Source: Octopus sinensis
Taxonomy: Eukaryota
Length of the DNA stretch: 64,000 nt
Assembly: GCF_006345805.1 (NCBI RefSeq)
Contig: NC_043002.1
Coordinates: 115,630,001-115,694,000, forward strand
Direction: 5' to 3'
The position numbers were made by a program, and so were the translations under genes. Below the pieces are notes generated by a model. The model saw only the letters and a list, made by a program, of their open reading frames with translations, had not been told where the DNA came from and ran no database searches. Below, in pieces: positions 51,428 to 64,000 of the stretch (position 1 is its first letter; each line of letters starts with the position of its first letter).

Positions 51428-52592
51428 ATCATCATCATTTTAATGTTCTCTTTTCCATGCTTGCATGAGTTGGACTGGATTCATTGAAGGAGGTTTTCTA
51501 TGGCTGGATGTGCTCCCTATTGCAAACCCTCATCAGTTTCCCCAGTAAGGTGGTATTTCCCATGTCCATACAGGTTCTTCTCAGACAGCTGAAAATGTAG
51601 GACATTGCTTGTATTGAAGTGAACAAAAGTTTTAGACTGAAAAGAAAATTAATTTTAAGGTATGGAAACATAATTGAAAAACCCTGTTTGATCATTTTGT
51701 CTGGATCATTTTGACCTTAGTAACAAGTTACACGGGAAGTTAAGCCTTCTTCAGAAAATAAAAATAAAAAAAGATGAACTGCAGGAAATTAAGGAAGTAG
51801 CACACACCATTTCAATCTCCTTTAGATAAACATATTCACTACCTTAATTTTATTTATTCATTTGTCTTTAATTTACTCCTTAGGATTTAAGAGTAAAGAA
51901 TTTTGATAGAGATTGGCAGAATTATTATAGTGTTGTAAAAAATGCATTTTACTATTTGTTCTGGCCTTTTATGTTCATCATCATCAATATTTAACATCTC
52001 TTCTCCATGCTGGCATGGGTTGAATGGCTTGACAGGAACTGGCAAGACCAGGGGCCATACCACGTTCCATAGTCTGTTTTGGTTTGGTTTCTACAGTTGG
52101 ATACCTTTCTTAATGCCTGCCACTCCACAGAGTATACAGGATGCTTTTTACATGGCACCTTAGTTTTAGGATTTCAATTCCGTTGTGGTGGCCAGGTCTT
52201 GTTTTAAGTTCAAATCCCACCAAGATCAACTTTGCTTTTCATTCTTTCAGGATTGATGGTATCAACTGATCCTCTCCTCATAAAATTTCAGGCCTTGTGC
52301 ATGTACTAGAAGCAATTGTAGAAGGTGAAGTTCTTCATTTATTAAAGATTAATATTTTGACAATTAGTTTAATTAATTCATAGTGCACTGTATGTACATC
52401 ATCAACATCATTTAACTTCCATTTTCTCTGCTGACATGGGTTGGGCAGTTTGACCAGAGTTGGCAAGCAAGAGAGCTGCACAGGTTCCAGTCAGATTTGG
52501 CTTGAATGTGTCACACAGAGTTTCTTGAGACAGATTTTCTACGGCTGGATGCCCTTCCTGTCACCAATACTCACCTGTGTCCAAGCACATGG
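51428..52592 (-). mobile_element. Cluster of old RTE-tail-like and SINE fragments (~51428-51600, 51975-52160, 52195-52315, 52397-52592)
   Basis: Repeated CATCATCATTTAA..TTTCCATGCT..GGATG..CTTCC motifs with high divergence. Confidence 0.65.
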
Positions 52593-52597
52593 AAATA

Positions 52598-53153
52598 CTG
52601 AGTTGTCCAGAAATTTCGTGCCGATTTATAGCAGCTTATCTTTTGACTTATTTTAGAAATTGGTTGAGTCTATAAAATAGGATTTGACTACACCTCCATT
52701 TAGAGCACAGTTTAAGCTATCTTTTCGTGGAAGAAGGTTTATGTTCCTATAACCTGTGTTAAGTCTGTAACCTTTTAAAATGGAAGATGAGAAAGTTCAT
52801 TTTTGGCACTTGATGCTTTGGGAACCAGACAAAAATTACTGCAGCTTGGCTGGGATATGTTACCCCACCCTCTGTATTCACCAGATATTGCTCTTTCGGA
52901 TTTCCAATTATTCAGGTCTCCGCAGAATAATCTTAATGGTGAAAATTGGATGACGTAACAAGATACCTTGATGAATTCTTTACCATGAAACCACCTCAAT
53001 TCTGGGAAGAGGGTATTTTCAAGTTAAAGGAAAGATGAAGATGCATTGTGCAACAAAATGGTTCATATTTGGTTGATTAAAAATGTAATAGCAAATATTT
53101 ATTGACCTTTTTCTTTCCTTTAAAAATCAGCACAAACTTTCCAGACAACCCAA
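52598..53153 (+). mobile_element. Internally deleted mariner element
   Basis: TA|CTGAGTTGTCCAGAAATTTCGTG vs CACAAACTTTCCAGACAACCCAA|TA. N-terminal MEDEKVHFWHLML is joined to LGWDMLPHPLYSPDIALSDFQLF (mariner YSPDxAPxD motif); stop at 53078-53080. Confidence 0.88.
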
Positions 53154-54692
53154 TATTTTCCCATAACCAAACATATTTTTGCAGAAATGTGGATCTGAGT
53201 GACACTGTATGACAGTGATGCTCATTTACAACTATTATGCAATGTCAAGACAAAGCATCATACATGCTTGCATGCATGTGATGGGCTTCTTTCAATTTCT
53301 CTCTACCAAATCCACTGACGTGGTTTCGGTTAGCTTGATGCTGTAGCAGAAGTAAATTCTTACCACACAGCCACATTTGTGCCTAAATATGTAAGATCAG
53401 AGAAAACAATTTGGAATTAATGGAATGGGATTAAATCAATCCTGCTAGCGAGAATGGGGAGAGGGAGATTACTATGAGATGAGAGAGGGGATGAATATTC
53501 TCCTTAAGGCAAGAAAACTGCTTCTAGGTTTTTTTTTCTAGGTCTTTTCCCGAAAAATGAAAGAATATATAATATTTCCATAAAAACCATTTATTAGATT
53601 CCTCAGAATATTGGAAAATATCTCAATAAAATATCTATGTTGTCTATGCTTTGCTCCAATCTATTAATATATTCAGTGGATAATTGGTCTTAGTATATCC
53701 ATAAACTTCATCTAACACCAACATATAATTAAGATTTTATCTAGGTACTATTTCCATGTTGACATTAGAGAGTATATATATATATATAAAACTCATTACA
53801 GTAGCACAACAGACATTTGCTTCCTTTTCTAAAGATATTTACTGACATTTAACTTATATGGATATCAACATTTTCATGAACAGAGTGAATAACTTGTATA
53901 ACATGGTTTCGGAAACAGAACTTACAATCACGAAGACTAAAAACAATTCTTTTTCAGCTTTGAGAGATTCTTACATTATTAAAATATTTCTACCAACATT
54001 ATAACAATTTCAAGAAAACTTGACGATTCAGTTACGGAGGAAGTTGGAATTTCTAACTGACTGATACAAGCTGAAAATTTGAGGTTTGTTTATGATTATA
54101 AATGTATTGTTGTCACCTAATTCAAGATCGTTATCCGAAAATTTGTTTGCTGTCCAGATGGAAAATTAGATCTCTAAATGTGGAGAAACTTGTGGAAGAA
54201 GTAGACCCAGGAAATGGTGAGATGAAGTGGTGCAATACAATCTTCAGACGTTAAGTCGCAATAAGGCGATAAGTGACCAATACTTTTGGCAATTTGTCTT
54301 AGAAGACACATTAAGCTAAGTGAAATTGTAATTGTGGTCAGTACCAATGACACCGGAAAGGCATCCATTCCAGTGACACGTAAACAGCACACATACCAGT
54401 GACATGTAAAAGACACCCAGTACACTCTGTGGAGCAGCTGGTATTAGGGTGGGTATCCAGCCATAGAAGCCAATCCAAAATAAACTGGAGTCTGGTGCAT
54501 TTTACCTTTGCCCATATAATACAATAAATGAATTAATTGTATCGCAATTCTTAACATTTATGTATTAACTTTGTTGGGTACTTCACTAGCAGTATATTGG
54601 ATATATGTTATCCCATGGAGGGTTGCATTTACAACCCCTATCTCAATTTGTATATATATATATATATATATATACATACATACATACATGCA

Positions 54693-56224
54693 TACATTCT
54701 GGAGAAATTCATTAGACTCAGGTGATATACCGAAACAGCTTCTGTCATCCCGGTTTTCAAACAGGGAAACAGATCCCTTGCAGTCAACTATCGCCCAATC
54801 TCACTCACCTCCCACATCATTAAAGTGTTTGAAAGAGTGTTAAGATCAAGGATAGCTGACTTCCTGGAGACCCACAAACTCCTAAATGCAAATCAGCATG
54901 GCTTTCGCTGTGGCAGGGACTGTCTAACACAGCTCTTACTGTGATATACTTAAAGCCTTGGAAACAGGTTCGAACTCTGATGTCATATATCTTGACTTCA
55001 GTAAAGCATTCGACAGGGTTGACCATAAAATTCTACTCTCAAAATTGGCAAATGCTGGAATCCGTGGAAAACTTCTACACTAGATTAAGTATTTCCTGGC
55101 GAATAGAACGCAACATGTTGTTGTCGATGGAGTCCACTCAAGCCCAGCAAAAGTCACCAGCGGTGTCCCCCAGGGGACTGTCTTGGGCCCGCTACTCTTC
55201 ATAATTTACATAAATGACCTTTCCAGTGTCGTACATTACTGCAAAGTGAAAATATTTGCTGATGACACTAAGCTCCAGCAAATCATCAATGAAGAATCAG
55301 ACGGAACTCAACTCCAGTCTGATCTATATGCTGTGAGTCAATGGGCAGACAGAAACAAAATGCAACTGAACGACGGAAAATTTGAGCTGATGCATTTTGG
55401 AAGAAAATCCTCACTAAAATAGCCATACCCTCTTCCTTCAGGGAACCGCTCACAGCCTCTAACAATATCAGAGACCTGGGCGTAATCGTTGATGACAATC
55501 TCATTTGGAGTGCCTACATCAACAATAAGGTCGATATAGTTCGTAGGATGAGTTCCTGGATCTTAAGAACCTTCCGGTCCAGAGAACAAGGTGTCATCAT
55601 ACCACTTTTCTCCTCCTTTGTACGGCCACACCTCGAATACTGCTACCCACTGTGGTCTCCCCATACAAGACAAAACATCTCGAGGATTGAATCACCCCAG
55701 ACGGCACTCACTAAAAAAATTGAAGGCATGGCTGCTCTCGATTATTGGGACCACCTTAAAGCCTTGAAACTCTACTCTCTCCAGCATCGCTGTGAGCGGT
55801 ACATCATTTGCACGATGTGGAGAATATACCGCCAACTTTGCCCAAACGACCTTAACATTAGCTTCAAGGTTCATCCAAGACTGGGACCACAGGGCATACA
55901 TCCCCTGCCCAATTCAGGATCACAACATACATGTACACTGCAACATAATTTCTTTTCCTCAACAGGCCCTGCCCAATTTAACATTGTCCCGAAAGAGATC
56001 AAAGAGGAAAAGGATCCCATCAACTTTAAACGGAGTCTGGATAGATTCCTTTAAGGAATACCAGATAAGCCACCCATAATTGGATACAACTCACCCAACA
56101 AAAACTCACTACTTGAATGGACCATAAACAAAATTTGACTTAAACAGGATTCAGATAATCCTATCAGGTGGTGCTATTAAGTTAGACATGGCCTGGACCA
56201 ATCTTTGGTCGAAACATATCTAGT
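54693..56224 (+). mobile_element. 5'-truncated CR1-type LINE with decayed RT
   Basis: NYRPISLTS, NQHGFR, IYLDFSKAFDRVDH, SGVPQGTVLGPLLFIIYIND, FADDTKL, RDLGV, VRPHLEYC. Several frameshifts and stops; flanked by TA repeats. Confidence 0.93.
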
Positions 56225-56237
56225 TTATATATATAAT

Positions 56238-56287
<50 letters not shown>

Positions 56288-56289
<2 letters not shown>

Positions 56290-57298
56290 TAGCATTATGA
56301 CCCATCGTTGCTGGGTCATAGTGCTAGTGCATGTATATATGTGTATTATATAGTGTACATATTACATGTACATCTATATATATACATCTACACATAAAAT
56401 ACAAATACAAAGTTATATCTTGATATCGCTAGTGATAACAATACTCAAAATATATAACAGACTGGAATTGTTAGCCCGTCTCTTGTAATTTCAATCAATT
56501 GTATCTTGTCCTCCCTCTTCTATAGAAGTGTGGCTACAATCCAGCCTACCTCTAATTCGGGGGGGGGGGCATTTTTAATTTTTATCCTGGACGTCCTACG
56601 TCCCAGATATAAAGGTAAAAATAAATTATTTCCACTTTGCAAGTTCGAGTCGAGTACTCCCTTGCACGCTCTGTTGACTCGAACCTTGCTTCTATTGTGG
56701 CGAATTTACCGCCTCTGATTAGATATCTTTCATAGTCCCACCAAGACACTTTTCGAAGGTGCTTTCCTCCATGTGTTCAAATCTTCTTTTTTCTCTACAT
56801 TGTATACTTTATAGACAATAGTCTTTTCTTTAATTTAATTTTTTATTATCCATCTGGACTATACCATTTCTGCACGCTAATTTTATTTTTAACTTATTCG
56901 TATTCATGTGAAACCACTGATTCAAGTTCAAGTCATTGATGCAATTTTATACCAATTGCTATTTTTACTTTTGTTATGTTACGATTACATTATACTTTAG
57001 TTTGATTTTAATTATTACTTACTACGTATAATTCAATTGTTATTATTATTTTTATTGTTATAGTGAAAGTATCCGACATAAAATAGAGAAATGTTTTTGT
57101 TTCACTTTTAACACGTAATACTGAAATAGTGGAGAAGATATGATATTGCTATGGGCTCGCCCTAGGCAAGAAGTTGAACATTTTTTTTGCCCATCAAACT
57201 ACATGGACCCTAAGTAAGGCATGTGTAAAATTTGAATGAAATTGATTGTGTAATTCTCAAGTTTTAGGGAAACACAGACATACAGGACACACATTCTC

Positions 57299-57310
<12 letters not shown>
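56288..57310 (-). mobile_element. Putative non-autonomous Helitron-like element
   Basis: Minus strand begins (TA)n-AAAATTGAGAATGTGTGTC, like invertebrate Helitron 5' ends, and ends in a hairpin followed by CTAG|T at 56288-56292. Family copies at 44190, 57335 and 24910. Confidence 0.6.
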
Positions 57311-57345
<35 letters not shown>

Positions 57346-57749
57346 TGAGAATGTGTGTCTGTCTGTCTGTGTGTTTTCCCTAAAACTTGAGAATTACACA
57401 ACCAATTTCATTCAAATTCATGTATTTATTTGGCTTCGCTTTTACAGCTGGATGCCCTTCCTAACACTAACTGCTTTACAGAATGTATACATAAAAAGCA
57501 CCGAGTACACTTTGTAAAGTGGTTGGTGTTAGGAAGGGTATCAAGCTGTGGAAACCAGGCCACAACAGACTATGGAACCTGGTGTAGCCCTTGGCTTCAC
57601 CAGTTCTTGTCAAGCTGTCCAACACGTGCCAGCATAGAAAACAGACATTAAATGATGATGATAATTATATACATTTATATTCATGTGTGTGTATATATTT
57701 ATGTATGCATGTATGTGTGTGTATTTATGTATGTATGTGTGTATACACA

Positions 57750-58140
57750 CACATGTATCCAGTTTTCCATACTTGTATTGGTCAGATGGAGTTCACTGAA
57801 GCAGATTTTTACAAATGGATGCCCTACATAGTGACAACCCTCACCTCTTTCCAAGGAAGGTAATATTTTCTCATAGCTGAACATGTTTTTATGGAAAATT
57901 AGAAATGAACAACACTGCCTGTATTACAGTGAGGCTAATTTACAACTGGCACATGATGTCAATACACACTCACACACATGGTAAGTTTCATTCAGTTTCT
58001 CTATACCAAATCCACCCACAAGCTTTCGATCAGTCCAGAGCTATAGTACAAAATATTTGCCCAGGGTGCCAAGCAGTAGGATGGAACTCAAAAGCCATGT
58101 TGTTGACAAGTGCACTTCTTAACTACAGAACTGTGCCTGC
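57750..58140 (-). mobile_element. tRNA-derived SINE (family A-like head, RTE-like tail), diverged
   Basis: Head matches the family A reverse complement (CTACCAAATCCAC, TTGCCCAGGGTGCC); tail contains GGATGCCCT. Confidence 0.7.
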
Positions 58141-58229
58141 ACCTATTATATATAATCATCATTTAATGTCTGTTTTCCATACTGGCTTGGGTTGGACAGT
58201 TTGACAAGATCCAATGAGCCATGGGTGTA

Positions 58230-58470
58230 GAAGTGCATGGCTTAGTGGTTAGTGCTGGACTCATAATCATAAGGTTTCATTTCCTGGAGCATGCAATGTG
58301 CTGTGTTCTTGTGCAAAACACTTCATTTCATGTTGCTTCAGTCCACTCAGCTGGCAAAAATGAATAATCCTGCAATGGACCAGCATCCCATCCAGGTGGG
58401 GAATATATATGCCATTGAAACCAGGAAACCAGCCCTTATGAGTCAGCATAACTTGAGAAGGTAACCTTTA
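58230..58470 (+). mobile_element. Old tRNA-derived SINE with (ACCTTT)-type tail
   Basis: TGGCTTAGTGG A box; CTTGTGCAAAACACTTCATTTCATGTTGCTTCAGTCCACTCAGCTG central block. Confidence 0.5.
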
Positions 58471-58529
58471 CCCTTTTTGATGAGTCACAGGGCTACATCC
58501 TGCTCCAATCTCAGCTTTGGCATGGTTTC

Positions 58530-58915
58530 TACTGCTGTGTGGTTAAGAAGTTTGCTTCTCAACCACATGGTTTTGGGTCCAGTCCCTCCACAATGGGTCT
58601 TGGACAAGTGTCCTCTACTATACTTTTGGGTCAATAAAAGCCTTGTGAGTGAATTTGGCAGACAGAAACTGAAGAAAGCCCATCATATGTATGTATGTCT
58701 GTATGTATGTTGTCTCCTTGTCTTAACATCGTGTTACATTGTAAATGAATGTCGTTCATTTTTCATTATTTGGTAAAACAATATCTGACCATGAGAAAAT
58801 CTTACTTTGCTTGGAAACAGGTAAGGGTTGGAGACATGAAAGGCATCCAGCCATAGAAAACTGCCTCAATAAAATCTGTCTGACCCAGGCAAGCATGGAA
58901 AGGTGGACATGATGG
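58530..58915 (+). mobile_element. tRNA-derived SINE (family A-like head, RTE-like tail)
   Basis: GCTGTGTGGTTAAGAAGTTTGCTTCTCAACCACATGG head; GGCATCCAGCCATAGAAA tail. A related copy lies at 63050-63418. Confidence 0.72.
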
Positions 58916-59553
58916 TACGTGTGCATATGTATGTATGCCCTACAATTAATGTATGCATCTAATATAATAAAAATACAAATAACTGTGTTGAAAATTGATT
59001 TCAAAGCCCCAATAAATACTTATAGGAACTTAATCTTCCAATTCTTACCTTTACAAAACACAGTTCAAAATTTCTGAATAGGAATCAAATAACATCAACA
59101 ACAATCCAACTTTAGCGGAACATATGCTAGTTGGCCACCTAATTCATCTACATTCTTTTGTGAACTCTGAAACACAAGAGAAACTGATTTTCTGTATAAA
59201 AAATTTCCTGAATCTGACACACCTGTGTATAAAGTTATTTCCATACTTGATTGGACTCTAGATAATAATACAACTCCCACTCTAAACTTACAAAATATTC
59301 AACAATAACTTTCCACCAAATCACACCCTACAAGCATATTTGCTTCCCACTCTCTTCTGGCTCTCTTTCTATACACCCACTTCACTGATCTAAATACACC
59401 AAGCCCAATTATTGTTTCACTTAGCTTCACCTATACTTGGGAAACAACTTGCTGAAGACTATATCAAGCCAAAAGGAACTCGAATGTGGTACAGTCAAAT
59501 CAAGGCCAGCAGGCTGAAACTTTGAAGTCACTGTCATCTTTCTACTTGTAAAG

Positions 59554-59555
<2 letters not shown>

Positions 59556-59644
<89 letters not shown>

Positions 59645-59683
59645 ATTTACTTTATATATATATATATATATATATTTATTTAT

Positions 59684-59726
<43 letters not shown>

Positions 59727-59855
59727 ATTTATCTTTATATATATATATATATATATATATTTATTTATCTTTATATATATTATATATATATATATATATA
59801 TTTATTTATTTATCTTTTATATATATATATATATTATATATATTTATTTATTTAT

Positions 59856-59891
<36 letters not shown>

Positions 59892-59937
59892 TTATCTTTA
59901 TATATATATATATATATATATATTTATTTATTATCTT

Positions 59938-59968
<31 letters not shown>

Positions 59969-60489
59969 TTATTTTCTTTATATATATATATATATATATA
60001 TTTATTTATCTTATATATATATATATATATATATATTTATTATCTTTATATATATATATATATATATATTTATTTATCTTTATATATATATATATATATA
60101 TTTATTTATCTTTATATATATATATATATATTTATTTATCTTTATATATTATATATATATATATTTATTTATCTTTATATATATATATATATTATTATCT
60201 TTATATATATATATATATCTATTTATTTATTTTTATATATATATATATATATATATTTATCTTTATATATATATATTTATTTATCTTTATATATATATAT
60301 ATATATTTATTTATCTTTATATATTATATATTTATTTATATTTATTTATCTTTATATATATATATATTATTTTCTTTATATATATATATATTATATATAT
60401 ATATATTATATATATTTATTTATATATTATATATATTTATTTATATTCATATATTTATACATATATACATTTATATATATTTATATATA
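59556..60489. repeat. Compound satellite: (TA)n punctuated by TTTATTTATCTT
   Basis: Roughly 25-30 units by inspection. Confidence 0.95.
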
Positions 60490-60890
60490 CTCTTTTACTC
60501 CTTTGTTTCAGTCATTTGACTGTGGCCATGCTGGAGCACCGCCTTTAGTCAAGCAAATCCACCCCAGGACTTATTCTTTGTATGCCTAGTACTTGTTCTA
60601 TCAGTCTCTTTTGCCAAACCGCTAGGCTACGGGGACATAAACACACCAGTATTGGTTGTCAAGCGATGTTGGGGGGGACAAACACACGCACACACAAACA
60701 TATACACACACATATATATATATGTATATATACGACGGGCTTCTTTCAGTTTCCATCTACCAAATCCACTCACTTGGTCGGCCCAAGACTATAGTAGAAG
60801 ACACTTGCCCAAGGTGCCACGCAGTGGGACTGAACCCGGAACCATGTGGTTGGTAAGCAAGCTACTTACCACACAGCCGCTCCTATGCCT
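60490..60890 (-). mobile_element. tRNA-derived SINE family A, full length
   Basis: Reverse complement of the 61295 copy. Confidence 0.9.
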
Positions 60891-60943
60891 AAATATATAT
60901 ATATATATATATATAATATATATATATATATTATATATATATA

Positions 60944-61146
60944 TACAAATTAAGAGGAATAACCACCAATGTGGACTCCTAATACGCTAGATATAGATGT
61001 CAAATCGCCTAACCACAAAGAGTGTGTTCTCAAGAATAAAATTTCAGCAAAATGCCAGAATGTAAAAGTGAGCAAGTCAAATGAAAATATACGAAATAAA
61101 AAACGATTAGGAGTCCACTTTGGTGGTCATTCCTCTTAATTTTGTA
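60944..61146. mobile_element. ~200-bp element with 40-bp terminal inverted repeats
   Basis: TACAAATTAAGAGGAATAACCACCAATGTGGACTCCTAAT vs ATTAGGAGTCCACTTTGGTGGTCATTCCTCTTAATTTTGTA (2 mismatches, 1 indel). Confidence 0.8.
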
Positions 61147-61294
61147 TGTAATATAATTTTTAATCTTCAGATTTTTTTAAATATGCTAACCCACTAGTTT
61201 TAATTGATTAATATCAATTTCTACCCTCATTATATAATTTTATATATATATATATACATATATAGATGTATATGAATATATATATATATATATA

Positions 61295-61703
61295 GGCGCA
61301 GGAGTGGCTGTGTGGTAAGTAGCTTGCTAACCAACCACATGGTTCCGGGTTCAGTCCCACTGCGTGGCATCTTGGGCAAGTGTCTTCTGCTATAGCCTCG
61401 GGCCGACCAATGCCTTGTGAGTGGATTTGGTAGACGGAAACTGAAGAAGCCGTCGTATATATGTATATATATGTATGTGTGTGTGTTTGTGTGTCTGTGT
61501 TTGTCCCCCTAGCATTGCTGACAACCGATGCTGGTGTGTTTATATCCCCGTTACTAGCGGTTCGGCAAAAGAGACCGATAGAATAAGTACTGGGCTTACA
61601 AAAGAATAAGTCCCGGGGTCGAGCTGCTCGATTAAAGGTGGTGCTCCAGCATGGCCGCAGTCAAATGACTGAAACAAGTTAAAGAGTTAAAGAGTTAAAG
61701 AGT
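61295..61703 (+). mobile_element. tRNA-derived SINE family A, full length
   Basis: TGGCTGTGTGG A box, GGTTCAGTCCC B-box-like, internal TA/TG microsatellite, tail GGTGGTGCTCCAGCATGGCCGCAGTC with (TAAAGAGT)n. Confidence 0.9.
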
Positions 61704-61711
61704 ATATATAT

Positions 61712-62110
61712 GAAGGAGTGGCTGTGTAGTAAGTAGCTTGCTTACCAACCACATGGTTCCGGGTTCAGTCCCATTGCGTGGGATCTTGGGCAAGTGTCTT
61801 CTGCTATAGCCCCGGGCCGACCAATGCCTTGTGAGTGGATTTTGTAGACGGAAACTGAAAGAAGCCTGTCGTACATATGTATATATGTGTATGTGTGTGT
61901 GTGTGTGTTGTGTCTGTGTTTGTTCCTCTAGCATTGCTTGACAACCGATGCTGGTGTGTTTACATCCCCGTAATATAGCGGTTCGGCAAAAAGTGACCGA
62001 TAGAATAAGTACTGGGCTTACAAAGAATAAGTCCCAGGGTTGATTTGCTCGACTAAAGGTGGTGCTCCAGCATGGCCGCAGTAAAATGACTGAAACAAGT
62101 AAAAGAAAGA
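61712..62110 (+). mobile_element. tRNA-derived SINE family A, tandem second copy
   Basis: Highly similar to 61295-61703 and starts 8 nt after it. Confidence 0.9.
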
Positions 62111-62118
62111 ATATATAT

Positions 62119-62445
62119 ATATGGTTCTCAACCATTTATTATTTATGTACCCCTTTGATTACTATTTTATTCTAGTGGACCCCCCCCCCCCCCATAATCA
62201 TTTGATGTTTACAAACTAGTTTTACAGATGCTCCTTTCAAAATTCTTGCTTTGTTATTCACACCATTAACTGGCATTGGTTGAACTATGTGAAACTTTAG
62301 AGGAAGAAACCTAGCTGTTTCCTGCAATAGAAACATTTAAATCAAAACTTTACATGGCCCTTAAAATACTACTGTGGATCCCCAATTTACTATTTTGCTA
62401 GCGTGGATCTCCAAAAGTCTCAGATGAACCCTTGTTAAGAACACA
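62119..62445. mobile_element. Putative hAT-type MITE
   Basis: Degenerate TGGTTCTCAAC / GTTAAGAACAC ends with GTGGACCCC/GTGGATC subterminal motifs; TSD not discernible. Confidence 0.45.
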
Positions 62446-62574
62446 CATATATACATACATGCAAGTATATATACACACAGATACACATACACATATATAT
62501 ACATGCACACAATACCCACATATACATGTGCATGCATGTGCCTGCACACACACACACACACACATACACACACA

Positions 62575-62625
<51 letters not shown>

Positions 62626-62638
62626 ACACACACACAGA

Positions 62639-62786
62639 GTTATCGCCAAGCGAATATGGCAGTCCAGAAAAATAGGACGAATGCTGCCGTTGATTAGCTC
62701 CAAGAGGCCATCACCTCTAGCTTGGAGCTAATCAACGACAGCATTTGTCCTATATTTATGGACTGCCATATTAGCTTGGCAATAAC
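62639..62786. repeat. 148-bp foldback palindrome
   Basis: ~66-bp arms, e.g. GCTGCCGTTGATTAGCTCCAAG / CTTGGAGCTAATCAACGACAGC. Confidence 0.9.
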
Positions 62787-63583
62787 TATTAATATCCAGT
62801 ACCGCTGCCGTACACACACATTCACAGCTCCACATTTATATATACCTGTGTAAAATGTAGAGATATAAAATAATATAAAGAAAGATATATAAGTATTGAC
62901 AAATGACAGAGTTAGGGGGTCATACCCCATATTATCAAATATTTCACATATTATTTACATCCAGTAATGTTGGTTGGATTTGTCACAATCAAGATATTAT
63001 CTCACCTGTTTGATACCTGTTCAAAATTTTACTTGTATCTGTTTTTTTATGGTAAGAGGTTTGTTTCCCAACCACCTGGATTTGGTCCCACTCTGTGGCC
63101 TTGGCTAAGTGTCTTTTACTATAACCCTGGGCCAACCAAAGCTTTATGAGTGGGTTTCATAGATGGAAATTGAAAGCACATCATACATGCATATATGTGA
63201 GTGGTTGTGTGTCAGTGTCTCTTTGCTTAGTTGTAAATGAATGTCATTGTCATACAAGCAGTTCCACTTTTCCAATCTTCCAATGGAAAGTCATGGAGAA
63301 ATATTACCTTAGTTGGAAAGAGGTAACAGTTGGTGGCAGGAAAGGCATGCAGCCATAGAAACTCACCATGCAAGCACAGTAAAGTGGATTTTAAAACAAC
63401 AATGATGATGATGATGATACATTATATATACAAATGTATGTGTGTGTGTGTTTATTAAATTTTCACAGAATTGTTATCAACAACACACTCTGTATGTTGC
63501 AGCAATTGTAGAAGCAAGTGAGATGTAAACAAATATACAAACACCCTCACACACACACACACACACCTGCATATACATGCATA

Positions 63584-64000
63584 CAGGTTGTGTCAGTTTT
63601 TTTTTTTTTTTTTAGGTCATTTGTATGATTTTAGAAAAAGACGCATATCTCTTCAAAGAAAAGCTGTATTTGAAAAAAAATGTGTACTAATAATCTCGAG
63701 ATTTCTTTTATCACACCTATTCAATGAAGCCACCTTTAACATCAATGGCTGCTTCAGTATTGGGTCAGAGGCATTGACATGCCCAAATTGGATAATCTTT
63801 ATCAATTTTGAACATAGTGCTGGTTATGGCAGACTTGAGAGATTGTATGATGTTATGAGGGTTGTGATTGATCGCTCTCTCCACAATGTCACATACATGA
63901 TAATGGATTGAGGTGAACTGAGAGGCTGTGTCTAGGAGAACATGATACTGGAGATTGGAATACATCCATGCTTTGGTTGTCCTAGCTTTATGAGAATGTG
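63584..64000 (-). mobile_element. 3' part of a Tc1/mariner-superfamily (maT/DD37D-like) transposon, truncated by the window end
   Basis: TA|CAGGTTGTGTCAG terminus. Minus-strand HYHVCDIVERAINHNPHNIIQSLKSAITSTMFKIDKDYPIWACQCL*PNTEAAIDVKGGFIE* resembles maT-type transposase C-termini. Confidence 0.7.

Noticed and set aside
56175-56215. GACCA/TGGTC stem followed by GAAAC at the CR1 3' end as a hammerhead
   Set aside because: No CUGANGA core; better explained as the LINE 3' recognition stem-loop.

Overview
AT-rich eukaryotic (animal) DNA, not prokaryotic. The SINE, LINE and microsatellite content looks like an octopus/coleoid cephalopod genome (inference from repeat sequence character, no search run). 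Only one credible host coding region is visible: a single uninterrupted ORF (ATG 3900 to TAG 10352, 2150 aa) encoding a low-complexity, probably disordered protein of unrecognised family with a perfect 8 x 75-bp coding tandem repeat. The rest is non-coding DNA filled with decayed mobile elements: Tc1, mariner, maT, piggyBac-, hAT- and MULE-like DNA transposon relics, Helitron-like pieces, RTE, CR1-type and RLE-type LINE fragments, a Penelope GIY-YIG remnant and several tRNA-derived SINE families. There are very large (TA)n-based satellites and one 100-N assembly gap. The most unusual signal is a set of foldback (palindromic) elements, several with hammerhead-ribozyme cores, including one that pairs a tRNA-like Pol III head with a minimal hammerhead on each arm. 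Nearly all other ORFs in the supplied track are microsatellite artefacts or transposon fragments. Repeat boundaries were read by eye and are approximate to within a few bases unless TIR/TSD positions are stated.
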